The notes below the pieces were generated by a model that searched no databases, was not told where the DNA came from, and worked only from the letters and a program-made list of their open reading frames with translations. The translations under genes were made by a program, and so were the position numbers. 64,000 bases of DNA from Chrysomallon squamiferum (taxonomy: Eukaryota; Animalia; Mollusca): positions 248,001 through 312,000 of the forward strand of contig CM022672.1 in the NCBI GenBank assembly GCA_012295275.1, read 5' to 3'. Shown here piece by piece: positions 24,701-35,641 of the stretch. Positions within the stretch are counted from its first letter, which is position 1. Every line of letters starts with the position of its first letter.

Positions 24701-27700
24701 TCAGATGATTGTCTCACCATGGAAGCATCTCTGTTGTGTTGTGCTGACATTTTCTGGCCATGGATTCTAAGAAAGTGAGTTCAAAGGACAGTGCTGAGAA
24801 GAAAAAGCGGATGATGTACATTGAATTATAGCTTGAATCCATAGAAAAACATGAATGAGATGTGCATGTAGTCGAATTGGCTGGAGAGTACAAGTGTAGT
24901 ATTTCTATGATATGTACCATACTGAAGCTGAAGGATTTGATAAAGGCTGTAACTTAAGCCAAAGGTGTTAAAATAATTTGTCTGATCTCTAAGATAAATA
25001 CACTTTACAAAACCAATTTATTTCTTTACATTATCTTTTATTTTGTTTTTTATACAGTATTTGTCATTTATAAATACATTTTTCTTATTTAAAAACACAT
25101 TACCAAAAACTCAGATGGTTTTGAGGGGCTAGTATGGATTAATGATATTTCAGTTAATTCCAGTTGGGAAAATTGATTTGATATACAACTAGATTTGATT
25201 TACAAGCTCAGTCATAGAACGAATTAAACCTGTAAGTCAAGGTACCACTGTAGTGAGATATATGATAGTGATATATGTGATACAACTAGTCAGATATATG
25301 ATACTATGATAGCAATATATATGATACAACTAGTCAGATATATGATAATACTATGATAGTGATGTCATTCAAGAGTAAATTAATAAACTGAAAATATTGT
25401 GTATCTGTATTAAGTAACTAATATAACATGAATCAGAACTTAGATCAAAATATTATTAATTATTTTTCTAACATGCATTAACTGCTGTTGTTTACACATT
25501 TAATTTGTTTGTAGATAATAAATACAGATTCAGCTGTTTCAGTTTTCATATGATGATTTTGTAGAAACCTGAATCTGTTAGTGATATATAAAACAGAGCG
25601 ACAAGTTTTACATAGATGATATAATAGTCAGATTTAATTATTATAATTGTCATCTAATATTATATTCTTTCCTGAATTACTCTTACTGAGTGGTAGCAGA
25701 ATATCTTGTACCTTCCATTGGATCAGAAATTATCACAAACTCATGTTTTAAAACAGAAATCACCAACAATACAGAAAGCACATCAGAAACAACAGATACA
25801 ACTGAAACAACAAATACAACTCAGAGTACAACAGAGAGTACCACATATACTGCTCAAACAAATACAACTGGGAGTACTACAGGTACAACTGAAACAACAA
25901 ATACAACTCAGGGTACAACAGAGAGTACCACATATACTGCTCAAACAAATACAACTGGGAGAATTACAGGTACAACTGAAAATACTACTGGTATAACTGA
26001 CAGTATTACAGATACAACTGAGAATACTACGGGTACAACTGAGGGTATTAAAGATACAATTGAGAGTACTACTGGTACAACTGAAACAACAGATACAACT
26101 CAGGGTACAACAGAGAGTACCACATATACTGCTCAAACAAATACAACTGGGAGAATTACAGGTACAACTGAAAATACTACTGGTATAACTGACAGTATTA
26201 CATATACAACTGAGAGTACTACAGGTACAACTGAGGGTACTAAAGATACAAGTGAGAGTACTAAAGATACAAGTGAGAGTACTACTGGTACAACTGAGAC
26301 TATTACTGGTACACTGGAGAGTTCTACCAGTACAACAGTCACATCTGGCACAACAGCTACAACTGAAAGTACAGTCAGAACTATTGAAACCACAGGTACA
26401 ACTGTTATATCTAAGAGTACAACAGCTACAAGTGAAAGTACATTTATCATTAATAACATGTCACTTTATTGTTAGAATCAAATACTGTTATAAATGTTAA
26501 CATTTTGATAAATACTACTGTGTATATGACAGACACCTGGGTGTTGAGTGAAAATCAGTTATGTTATGTGCTTTATGTTACATGATTTATGTTATGTGCT
26601 TTATGTAAAAACAAAAAAGCTCTGTTTTGTGTTGTTAGTGTAAACTGAATTATGTGTTGTGTTGTAATTAATGTTATGTTGTATGTGAAAATACTACTTT
26701 GTGTTCTTTGGTACTGTCACTTGTAACTTTGTTCTGGTATGTTTTATATTTTTATTTTTATTTTCAACTTTTAACCAGCTGTTCTAAAAATATATATATA
26801 TTTATATCACCCCTATCTAGAAAGTACTGTCAGCACTGGAAGCACAGAAAGTACATCCAGCACTGGAAGTTCAGAAAGTACTGTCAGCACTGGAAGTTCA
26901 GAAAGTACTGTCAGCACTGGAAGCACAGAAAGTACTGTCAGCACTGGAAGTTCAGAAAGTACTGTCAGCACTGGAAGTTCAGAAAGTACTGTCAGCACTG
27001 GAAGCACAGAAAGTACTGTCACTACAGGAAGCACAGAAAGTACTGTCAGCACTGGAAGTTCAGAAAGTACTGTCAGCACAGGAAGCACAGAAAGTACTGT
27101 CAGCACAGGAAGCACAGAAAGTACTGTCACTACAGGAAGCACAGAAAGTACTGTCAGCACTGGAAGTACAGAAAGTACTGTCGCAACAACAAATGTGGCT
27201 TGCTATGGTAATAAATGTTTTCAGTTTTGTCATTTTCAAAAACAAATATAGAAGCAGCTTATAGCCTGTGAAAACAGTACTGAGTAAAATATTTTCTGCA
27301 CATCATTCAGATTAATTTTACTGTATAACTGAAGATTTCACAAATGATTTAAAATGTTTAATATTGAAATATCAGTTTTAATGTGTCAGCTGATGTTTTC
27401 TCCCCACTGTTTTAACATATTGGTTACTTTCTTCTTGTCATGAAACTACAAGATAAAACATGTAACTAATACACAGTAGGTATGAATGCTGCACAATTTC
27501 TGATCATGTTCACTACAAATTGACAGAATATATTCCTTGTTTATATTCATTCTTAACACATAATAATATTAGTATTATTAATAATAAAATAGTGATGTGA
27601 TGATGATGATTATAATTATGAAGATTTCTGTTGAACAGGTGATCCCAGTGAGTATCCCATCATGACTTCATCTCCAACTTTGACATACATTATCAGTGGT

Positions 27701-30700
27701 GACAAAGTATCTCTCTACTGTTCTATAACACGTGCTGTTGATAAACCTGATGATGAGGATGCTGTGTACACTGTAGAGTGGCTGATAGCAGAGAAGTCAG
27801 TGAGAACAGACAAAGTGACAACAACATCTGTAGTCTCTATACAGTTAGCTAACCTCTCTGATACTGAGCGAAAGAAAATACTCAGTGATGGAGTAAGTTT
27901 TTCACCCTCACATGACACAGTAAAATACTAACTATTACTGTTGTAGCACAAAAAATATATATACACAGATTAAATACTGAATCACAAGCCCTTTCAGATG
28001 GATGGAATATATGCTGATTATAAACTCAGACACAGTAAATACTTTTTGTAAATAAAGATAAATGCATACATAGCATAGGGTAAACACAGACATGGCATAG
28101 AATAAATACAAACATGGCAGAGGAGAGAGACATGGAACTGAATAAATACTGATGTAGCTTGGGGTAACAGACAAGACATAGGTTAAATAGTTACATGGCA
28201 AATACAGATAGGATGAACAGTGATGGTACATACAGACAGCATTAATTGTGACAGTATATACAGACATAGAACATTTGACAATAAATCCAGATATAACAAA
28301 TACACACTGACAATAAATATCAACAGGATAAACCTAGTTAGAAATTAAATATAAAACTGTTAATTACAGAAAGAACTATTTTTATTTTATTTTATTTATT
28401 TATTTTTATATAGATGTACTGTCAGGTGAGAGCCAGCAATCCAAAGAGATGTGGAAATAAATCTAGTCCTCCCTTGAAGAGTAACAAAATTAGCTTATCT
28501 CTTCAGGTAATTTTTCATTGTTAAATATGTTACATGCGTTATTTCACACTTACATAAGATTATTTAAGAAATATTAAAGAGATTTTTATAAGTATACATT
28601 TGTGTGGCAGATACACAAACCATCATCAGTGGAGATCCATGAAGGAGAAGCATTTGCTATCATCATCAGCATGGCAATGAGGCCAGACTTCTACTGCATC
28701 ATCAAGTACGGAAAGTTGTGTTCAGTCTATTTTGAAGTTTTCACCAGCGTTGAAGGTTCACCAAGCAAGTGTACAAACAACCAGATCAAGAGAGCAGTGG
28801 TCATCCACTACACTGGACTGGATATCAAAGAGGCTATCTGTGGAACACGAATGTCATCACTAACTCAGTCTTTGTACATCCAGAGTGTCTCAGACAGACA
28901 GGTTACCAGCAACAAAAAACTGACTGTGCACATACAACAACGAGACGATGTCCCAGGCTTGAATTCTTCTTCAACTGTAAGAGAAAAACTGGAAGTAAGT
29001 AAATACAATATCAGACTTGTGTTACTATATTGTCTCAGAAAGGTGTAAACAATATATCATGTTGCTGCAACATTTGTAATAAATAAAGTAAGTTACTGAA
29101 ATCTGTTTTACAGTAAAACAATGCAGTAAACTGTGTCGCATACAACTGTTAAGCATATAACAATAAAACAATTGCTTTTTTGTATATTGCCAGGTAACTG
29201 TTATTGATAGAGATAAAATAGAAGCTTCTTGTCGCTCTACTGGAGATCCTCACATGGTTACGTTTGATGGATTGTAAGTGAATATTTTCATGTGGATTGT
29301 AAACTGTAATATTATTCTTTTAGTTTGTCTGTAACACTTTTAGTTTGTTGGCAGACTGTAATATTAGTCTTTTACTCTGTCTTTAGACTCTAACATTAAT
29401 ATCTTAGAATATCTGCAAAAGTAAGTAAATATTATGTTTTATATAGACTTTATAGTAAATAAGCATTATTTATCAAAATCTTTGGTAAATATTTTCTTCC
29501 ATTGTTTTTTATGTTATTTTTCCTGTCATTTCAGTAAATATGAGAATATGCTTGCAGGAGAATTTATTCTTTATCAACACACAGAACAAGAAGTTGAGGT
29601 AAGTATTCCCAGTGAGATTGATATTTTCTCTGAGGTTAGGAAGTGAGGTTGCTATTAGAAAGATAATAACTAGAACAACCACAGAATATATAAATTAGTT
29701 TATCTCTATACTTTGCATATTTTATCTGCTTTCTATCATTTATTTACCATCCCTGTTTTCCTTTCTTGGAATTATTTTAATATATTTTAAATGCTGGTAT
29801 GATGACGTTCTCACTTTCAAATTAAACTGTTTTACAGGTAAGAGGTTTTGCTTTGCCATCTGGGCGAGGATCTGGTAACTGTGCTGTAACAATTCGATCT
29901 GGCAATGACATCATTCGCTTTAACAAGTGTTTCCAGACAGTGAAGAGGTTTGTCCTGAATCCTCTTGTTCCTGAAGAGTTCTTCAGAGGAGACTTGACAC
30001 CCGCCACAAAGATCTACCAAGAACGTGCTGGAAGAATCTATCATGTAGGTTTAACTTAGATTTGCTTCAACCTCAATATAACTGTAGTATCACTATTAGG
30101 TTCAGTGTAGTATGTCATTAGCGTTAACCTCCATATAATTGTAACATCTCATTACATCTAAGTTAACTGTAATTTGTCATTAGCTTTAACCTCCAAATAA
30201 TTATACTATCACAGCTTGTAATATGTTATGTTGTTTCAGCCTAGATATTTTAGTGTGTCATATAGGTTCAGGCCTGGTTTACTGTAATATGTTATATATG
30301 TTCAACCTAGTTTGGTTGTAATATACCAGAAAGATTTAATATCTGTTTATAGTATTATCTCATGTAGTTTAATGTAAGCTTGTTATAAGTTGACAAATTT
30401 CTTTTAATGTAAATTGTTTTAGATTTACTATAAAATGCTTTGTACATTTAACTTATATAATAATATGTCATGTAGTTTTAACCTATTTTAATGTCATATA
30501 TAATGTTACCATAATGAGTAATGTAGGTTTCATCTAACATTATTGTCATAGAGTTACTTAATTTTTTTCATAATTATTTCTAACTGTTTGAATTGTAACA
30601 AACTAACACACTTAACAACACTGCAGGTGTTGCTGCCAACTGGAACCAAGGTGACGGTGAAGAACACAATAGGACAGTTCCTCAATGTGTGGATAGAGCC

Positions 30701-31405
30701 ATCAGGAAGAGACTTTGGCAAAACCAGAGGTATGACACAGTGAATGTGACAATATAATTCAGAAGAAAAAACCTATATCATATTCAGTGTACATTTCACA
30801 CTTTTTTCTTTATCATAAATGGCCCTGTAGAAGTCAAAATATCTAAAACTGTTTGTTACTGTTTATAAAAATAATTAATTAAAATTGTTACTATGTATTT
30901 TAAAAATAAATTTCAGGTCTTTGTGGAATTTATAACAATGATGTTTCTGATGATTTGACATTGACTACTGGAGAAAAGATGAGCACTGCAAACAGGAGAA
31001 GATGGTTCCAGCCAACCAGCTTCATCAAATCATGGAGGTAAGAATCAGAGGTTCTCATCAGACTTGTATGTTTATTTATCTATGTTCATGTGTATGCAGT
31101 CCTAGCTGTGTTTATGGATGTGTGTCATTTTTTAACTTACTGTAATAGCTTTATTAGATACTATGTATTGGTAGTACAGCAAAGATTATAGGGATTTTAA
31201 GACATCTGTTCAATTTTCTATTAATATTTTCAGAATTACAAATAACAGAGACAGTCAATACCTGGGATACAGGGGAGGCAAAGACATCAGTCCAGCCATC
31301 TATTGTTACTGTACCTCAAACAGCAAGTCATGTGACTACTTTGATGACATCGATCCTTGTGGAATCAATGTTTATGATGGTAAATAAATATATATATATA
31401 ATGTG

Positions 31406-31443
<38 letters not shown>

Positions 31444-34400
31444 TTGTTTTAAAACACTTTATTTAAATTTTACCAAAACTGTTTAATGTAATGGTAATAT
31501 ATTATTTCAAATTTTTAATCGATTTCTTTGAAAATGTTCTTGATTTATCATTATTTACAGTTGTTATTAAAATCCATTTGTTATATTTCAGTTTTCAGTA
31601 TTTACATATTGCATGTTATTTAATAAGCACTTAATGTAAAATCTCACTGTTTTGTAAACATTGAACAGCTGCAGTGGACATTACCAGCAGACTGATTACT
31701 GACTACCTGAAGAGCCAGACACAGCAACAGAGTCGCAGAAAGAGAGCAACTGAACAAGCCTTTGTCTATGACACAAACTTCAATGATGTAAATGTGAGTG
31801 CAGTAGCTAATATGTAATTACATATATTAACATTTAAATAAACAGCATAAAATCAAAGTAACTGTGGGCATATCAGTACAAATGTACATGTGTGTATCTG
31901 TGTGTCTCTGTATATTTAAGTGAGATGATGTAAATGCTGTTATAAAGTGAGATAAGCACTTTATAAAGTGAGTTAATCACTATTACAAAGTGAGATAACA
32001 ATGTGAGATAAGCACTTTATAAAGTGAGATAACAATGTGAGGTAAACACTATAAAGTGAGATAACAATGTGAGATAAGCACTTTATAAAGTGAGGTTAAC
32101 AATGCAAGGTAAACACTATAAAGTGAGATAGCAATGTGAGGTAAACACTATAAAGTGAGATAACAATGTGAGGTAAACATTGTATAAAGTCAGGTAAGCA
32201 CTGTATGAAATGAGATAACAATGTAAGGTAAACACTGTATAAAGCTAGATGGTGTTTTTTATTATAATTTAATTGGTGTTTACTTCAGAAAGCAACCTGG
32301 CCTACAGCTAGTGGTGTGACAAAAGAAAATGCAACAGATCTGTGCACCACAAAGATTCAATCAGCTCAGAGTTATGATGAGTGTGTGCATTTTGTTGCTG
32401 ACAACTACACCGACGAAATAGAAAACTGTATTACTGACATCAAGGTAAACTTTAATAATATACTGTACCTTTTGTTTTCTCACTGTAATCATTAGTAAAA
32501 ACTAAAATATTAAATTTAGAAAATTGCAGTTTGTACAACAATCTCTGCACTATATAGTTAAAACATCATTTCATATCACATATTAACAGCTGTGTTATAT
32601 ATATATATTAAAACAAATTTATATAACATAAACAACTGTATAATATATTTTACATTTAAAAATAATAATTATCACTGTCACCTCTATAGCTAACTGACAA
32701 CATTGAGTGGGCGAAGGATGCACAAGAAAATGTTCAACAAAGATGTTTATCAACAATTGCACGTGACACAGAAACATGGAAAAAACCTAACAATACTGCC
32801 AATGCCCCAAAGCTACCAGTCGTTGTCCAACTGCTCTGTCCAGAGAACTGCAGCTCGCATGGAACATGTGACAAAGGTACAGCAGACACAACTACATGTA
32901 TCAAATAAACATGTGACAAAGGTACAGCAGACACAACTACATGTATCAAATAAACATGTGACAAAGGTACAGCACACACAACTACACACATATAAAATAA
33001 ACATGTGACACAGACACAATTACATATATAAAATAAATATGTGACAAAAGGTACAGCAGACACAACTACACGTTTTTGATATTGGCTTTTTGGTTGGGTT
33101 TTATGTTCATGTATGTGAGTTTTGTTTTTGTTTATTCAAGGACATGTTTATGTATGTGAGTTTTGTTTTTGTTTATTCAGGGACATGTTCATGTAAATCT
33201 GGTTGGACTGGTCCTGACTGCGCTCTTCCTACAACAACAAAACCAACCCTGCAGTCCAGTCTGAGCAGCGCCACCTGTCAGACTAACACACAGCTGTGTA
33301 ACACCACTCTGATAAAGGGAGAAAACTTCTTTAACACCAGTAATCTGTTCTGTCATTTTCAACCAATTGAGGTATGTAAGACTTTAATTTTTTAAATTGT
33401 ATTTCAAGTAGGTTAATAGTAAATAGAATTATCAATTTCCGAAAATTGGAAGTTATGACTTAGAGACAATTAAGATAATTTTTGTTTTCTGTTTAATTTA
33501 CAACAGTAATTGATTTATTTGATTGTTTGTTTGTTTGTTTGTATGTTTGTTTATTTAGTTCTGTATTTTTTGTTTGTTTACACAGGTGTCAGACAAAGGT
33601 GTGATGTCTCGAGGTGAAGTGGTCAAGATAAATGCTGAGTATCCACTGCCCAGAATCTCTGATCACTGTCAGCAATGATGGGATTTCTGTTAGTGACCAG
33701 GAAGCCATGTGATGATGTGTCCACTGCCCACAAATCATGTTCTTTTTAAGGTAAAGTTTACAGCAAACCTCACTGTCAGCAATGATGGGATTTCATGTTA
33801 GTGACCAGGAAGCCATGTTTCTTGTTTACAACAGTTCTGTGTGTATGACATGTTCTATCTAAAGTTTACAACAACAAACATTCATGTTCTTTTAAGGTAA
33901 AGTTTACAGCAAACCTCCATATTATGTAAAGTTTACAACAGAACTACATGTTATGTAAAGTTTACAACAGACCTACTTGTTATATACAGTTTACAACAGA
34001 CCTACTTGTATGTAAAGTTTACAACAGACCTACATGTTATGTAAAGTTTACAACAGACCTACATGTTATGTAAAGTTTACAACAGAACTACATGTTATGT
34101 AAAGTTTACAACAGACCTACTTGTTATATAAAGTTTTACATGTTATGTAAAGTTTACAACAGACCTACATGTTATGTAAAGTTTACAACAGACCTACAGC
34201 CTATGTAAAGTTTACAACAAGTTGTGTATTATACAGGACTTTACATGTTACATTAATGGTCCTACATGTTATGTAAAGTTTACATCAAACAGTCTGCAGG
34301 GAAGTGATCCTTGCATTATTTGTTTACAACAGACCCCATCAAGTTTTTCTTCAACATCCTGGTTTCTGAAGTAGTAAAGTTTACAACAGTACATCTAGTT

Positions 34401-35641
34401 TATTTTACATATATAAAGTTTACAACAGTTACATTGTACAAGTTTATGTTACATTTTATATTAATTTTATACTTTAAATGTCTGCTTTATTTTAAATTTA
34501 AGATTTCTTTTACACATTTTAAGTCTTGAGTTTATCTTATTTTGTATTAAATTAACTTGCACCTGGGGTTTAAGTGTGTTGTTTATCAGTGTGAGTTTAT
34601 GTTTTGTTTATCAGTGTGTCAAGGTTTTATATCTTTCAGTGTATTTATGTTTATCAATGTATGTCTGTTATTTTGTTTTTTTTGTTTATCAGCATGTCTC
34701 TGGGTTAAGTGTGTTGTTTATTTTTGAGTTTATGTTTTGTTTATCAGTGTGTTTTATGTCTTTCAATTTTTTTGTTTATCAATAGTCTGTTTTTTTTTGT
34801 CTATGTCTCTTTTTTGTTTATAAGTGTGTCTATTTTTTGTTTATCAATAGTCTGTATTTTGTGTCTATATTTTGTTTATATCATTGTGTCTATATTTTGT
34901 GTGAATCGGTGTGTCTGTATTTTGCAGAATCTGGTTGTCCAACACCAAAACCAATAAACCCTAAGATGGTTGAGTACAACTCTCGCCTTGTTGTCATCAT
35001 CTCAGGGTGCGTGGCTGCTGCTCTTCTCATTGTCATCATTACTGTTGCTGTGATTATTACACGAAGGTGAGTTGTTGTCATTTACTTTATTTTCTCTTAA
35101 TAGCCATTTCAAATAACATAACTGTTAATCACTCAACTATTTTCTTACAGTGTAACAAATTAGTGTTTTACATATGTAAAAGTGTTACATAAAAGTGTTT
35201 TGCAAGTAGCAAGTGTTACAAATGAGTATGTTTTGTGTCACAATATTACAAATTATTGTTTTATACATCATAACTGAAGTGTTACAAATTAGTGTTGTGT
35301 GTAACAAGTGTTACACATAATAACTGAAGTGTTACATATAAGCAAGTATCTTTACTCATAATAATTGAAGTGAAAAATCAGGCAGTCTCTACAGTGTGAG
35401 TTTGAAATGTTCAAATTCACAAAGTTTTACTTATTTGTTCCAAAAAAATAATAATAAAAAGTAAAACCTTGTTTTTTTTTTCAGGAGACAAAAAAGAAAC
35501 AAGGCTGAACATCCGACCAATGAGGAGTCAGAGCCTCCATATGAACGGACCTATGATGGAAGTTATGGTCTCCGCTCGGAACAAAAACTGATGTTTTACA
35601 ACCCCACACATGACGAGTCTGCCTACTACTCGTCTTTCTAG
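218..35641 (+). CDS. Giant multi-module VWD/EGF (VWDE-like) + LamG-like type-I transmembrane protein, 5'-partial, ~57 exons in window
   Basis: GT-AG exons in consistent phase: 218-387, 572-681, 918-1073, 1314-1494, 1775-1962, 2213-2398, 2934-3048, 3732-4373, 4504-4723, 4940-5032, 5208-5597, 5761-5837, 6112-6175, 6655-6864, 7269-7383, 7930-8038, 8318-8481, 8737-8843, 10698-10841, 11038-11218, 11937-12127, 12447-12650, 15074-15188, 15314-15943, 16225-16442, 16596-16688, 16936-17319, 17562-17702, 18166-18378, 18655-18875, 19013-19173, 19432-19547, 19856-19999, 21098-21278, 21693-21880, 22142-22351, 22457-22565, 22879-23550, 25757-~26435, 26821-27207, 27639-27892, 28414-28506, 28611-28994, 29194-29273, 29535-29598, 29838-30044, 30627-30729, 30917-31037, 31234-31379, 31669-31793, 32289-32444, 32690-32876, 33181-33371, scrambled ~33586-34380, 34928-35066, 35485-35641(TAG). 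Motifs: DPHxxTFDG and GLCG (VWD), CPxDCSxHGxC..CxCxxGxxGxDC (EGF), WPT helix region, TM LVVIISGCVAAALLIVIITVAVII followed by RRR. Confidence 0.88.
1972..2033. repeat. (TC)n microsatellite
   Basis: ~30 TC units directly visible. Confidence 0.95.
2515..2915. repeat. ~32-bp intronic minisatellite
   Basis: ctgtactaaaataatrttatcactgyctttat units. Confidence 0.85.
3047..3650. repeat. Degenerating ~40-bp minisatellite starting at the splice donor
   Basis: atgtcagtacagttacacttgttacacatcactatgcttttac units. Confidence 0.8.
6161..6545. repeat. ~39-bp tandem array containing donor GTAAGT
   Basis: ctctactttatact|gtaagtatcaaaacatcaatcacaa, ~9-10 copies. Confidence 0.92.
6856..7120. repeat. 41-bp tandem array containing donor GTGAGT
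   Basis: aaatacaca|gtgagtattaaacatgtgaacatgatataat; GTGAGT at 6865, 6906, 6947... Confidence 0.92.
7385..7810. repeat. ~31-bp intronic minisatellite
   Basis: ttaacataattctaaacttaacactatgctc units. Confidence 0.85.
9049..10337 (-). mobile_element. Probable degenerate pogo-like DNA transposon remnant
   Basis: Repeated GGCACA..TTACCC subterminal-like motifs (9049-9077, 9951-9965, 10295-10325) and an end ttcctcccc-TA. Minus-strand fragment DGDFVVVKVGGKSRSKYYIA resembles transposase C-termini. The second TIR was not found. Confidence 0.4.
11270..11670. repeat. ~20-bp minisatellite
   Basis: gtaagtagtcactgtg(tg)at/ct units. Confidence 0.85.
12755..14156 (+). mobile_element. Tc1-family DNA transposon, full length but decayed
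   Basis: TIRs tactctcctaaaaaagaaatgcaaaa / ttttgcattttttttttgttagagta in TA context. Transposase fragments DRPRSGRPRVTT (13063-13302) and VWAAISYTGRT..FQHDSARPH..WPSKSPDLNPAEHLRDEL (13537-13845), broken by stops and frameshifts. Confidence 0.92.
14222..14741. mobile_element. Non-autonomous Tc1/mariner-pogo type MITE
   Basis: TA|cactcaaaactgtctataacacc ... ggtgacttttagaccagttttgactg|TA imperfect TIRs, TA flanks, no ORF. Confidence 0.7.
14800..15012. repeat. 22-bp minisatellite
   Basis: cattttagtcagtacatgcata units. Confidence 0.8.
18417..18672. repeat. ~59-bp tandem array containing the 3' splice site and exon start
   Basis: aaatgttacag|ataactctgcctactgg repeated; the last copy is the real acceptor at 18654/18655. 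Confidence 0.9.
20046..20560. repeat. 40-bp minisatellite, ~13 copies
   Basis: gttacagttagtaatggatggcatctttgtaccagccagt. Confidence 0.92.
20660..21085. repeat. ~30-bp minisatellite with internal gtgac/gtcac dyad
   Basis: tattagtgacatgtattattagtcacagttta units. Confidence 0.85.
21400..21704. repeat. 28-bp tandem array containing the acceptor and first 12 exon nt
   Basis: gattatgttatag|gtcagtgtaagttgt x ~11; the last copy opens exon 21693. Confidence 0.92.
22605..22750. repeat. (ATT)n microsatellite
   Basis: Directly visible. Confidence 0.9.
24513..25250 (+). mobile_element. Tigger/pogo-family internal-deletion derivative
   Basis: TIRs cagtggtacctcaactta / tgtaagtcaaggtaccactg with TA duplication (24511-12, 25251-52). 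Decayed N-terminal CENP-B-type HTH from 24760: MDSKKVSSKDSAEKKKRMMYIEL*LESIEKHE*DVHVVELAGEYKCSISMICTILK. Confidence 0.88.
25757..27207 (+). repeat. Coding mucin-like Thr/Ser/Glu repeats (two exons of gene 1)
   Basis: Exon 25757-~26435 reads TTESTTGTTE-type repeats. Exon 26821-27207 is a 27-bp tandem encoding (ESTVSTGST/SS)n, flanked by ctag and g|gtaata. Confidence 0.8.
31920..32240. repeat. ~32-bp minisatellite
   Basis: aaagtgagataacaatgtgaggtaaacactat units. Confidence 0.82.
32864..33070. repeat. 45-bp tandem array containing exon end and donor
   Basis: acatgtgacaaag|gtacagcagacacaactacatgtatcaaataa x ~4-5. Confidence 0.88.
33897..34290. repeat. 29-bp minisatellite starting at donor gtaaag
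   Basis: atgttatgtaaagtttacaacagacctac units. Confidence 0.88.

Larger units (their letters stand above)
22879..34380 (+). other. Module D: LamG-like, mucin insert, Ig-like, VWD (GDPH), RRKR, WPT, EGF
   Basis: LDGKTQYID..CLWNPAHCKLGLTVSF..WSVQFGL; TGDPHMVTFDG; GLCGIYNN; SRRKR; KATWPTASG; CPENCSSHGTCDKGTCSCKSGWTGPDC. Confidence 0.8.

Noticed and set aside
25706-26500. Gln-rich, Cys-rich and Val-rich ORFs overlapping the Thr-rich exon
   Set aside because: Shadow frames of the mucin-like repeat.
26699-27211. ORF with (RKYCQHWKF/H)n repeats resembling a cationic metal-binding peptide
   Set aside because: It is an alternative frame of the 27-bp ESTVSTGST exon. The splice phases fit the Ser/Thr frame, and this ORF starts at TTG rather than ATG.
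34576-34957. Hydrophobic Phe/Val/Cys-rich ORFs
   Set aside because: Low-complexity TG-rich intron upstream of the real TM exon 34928-35066.
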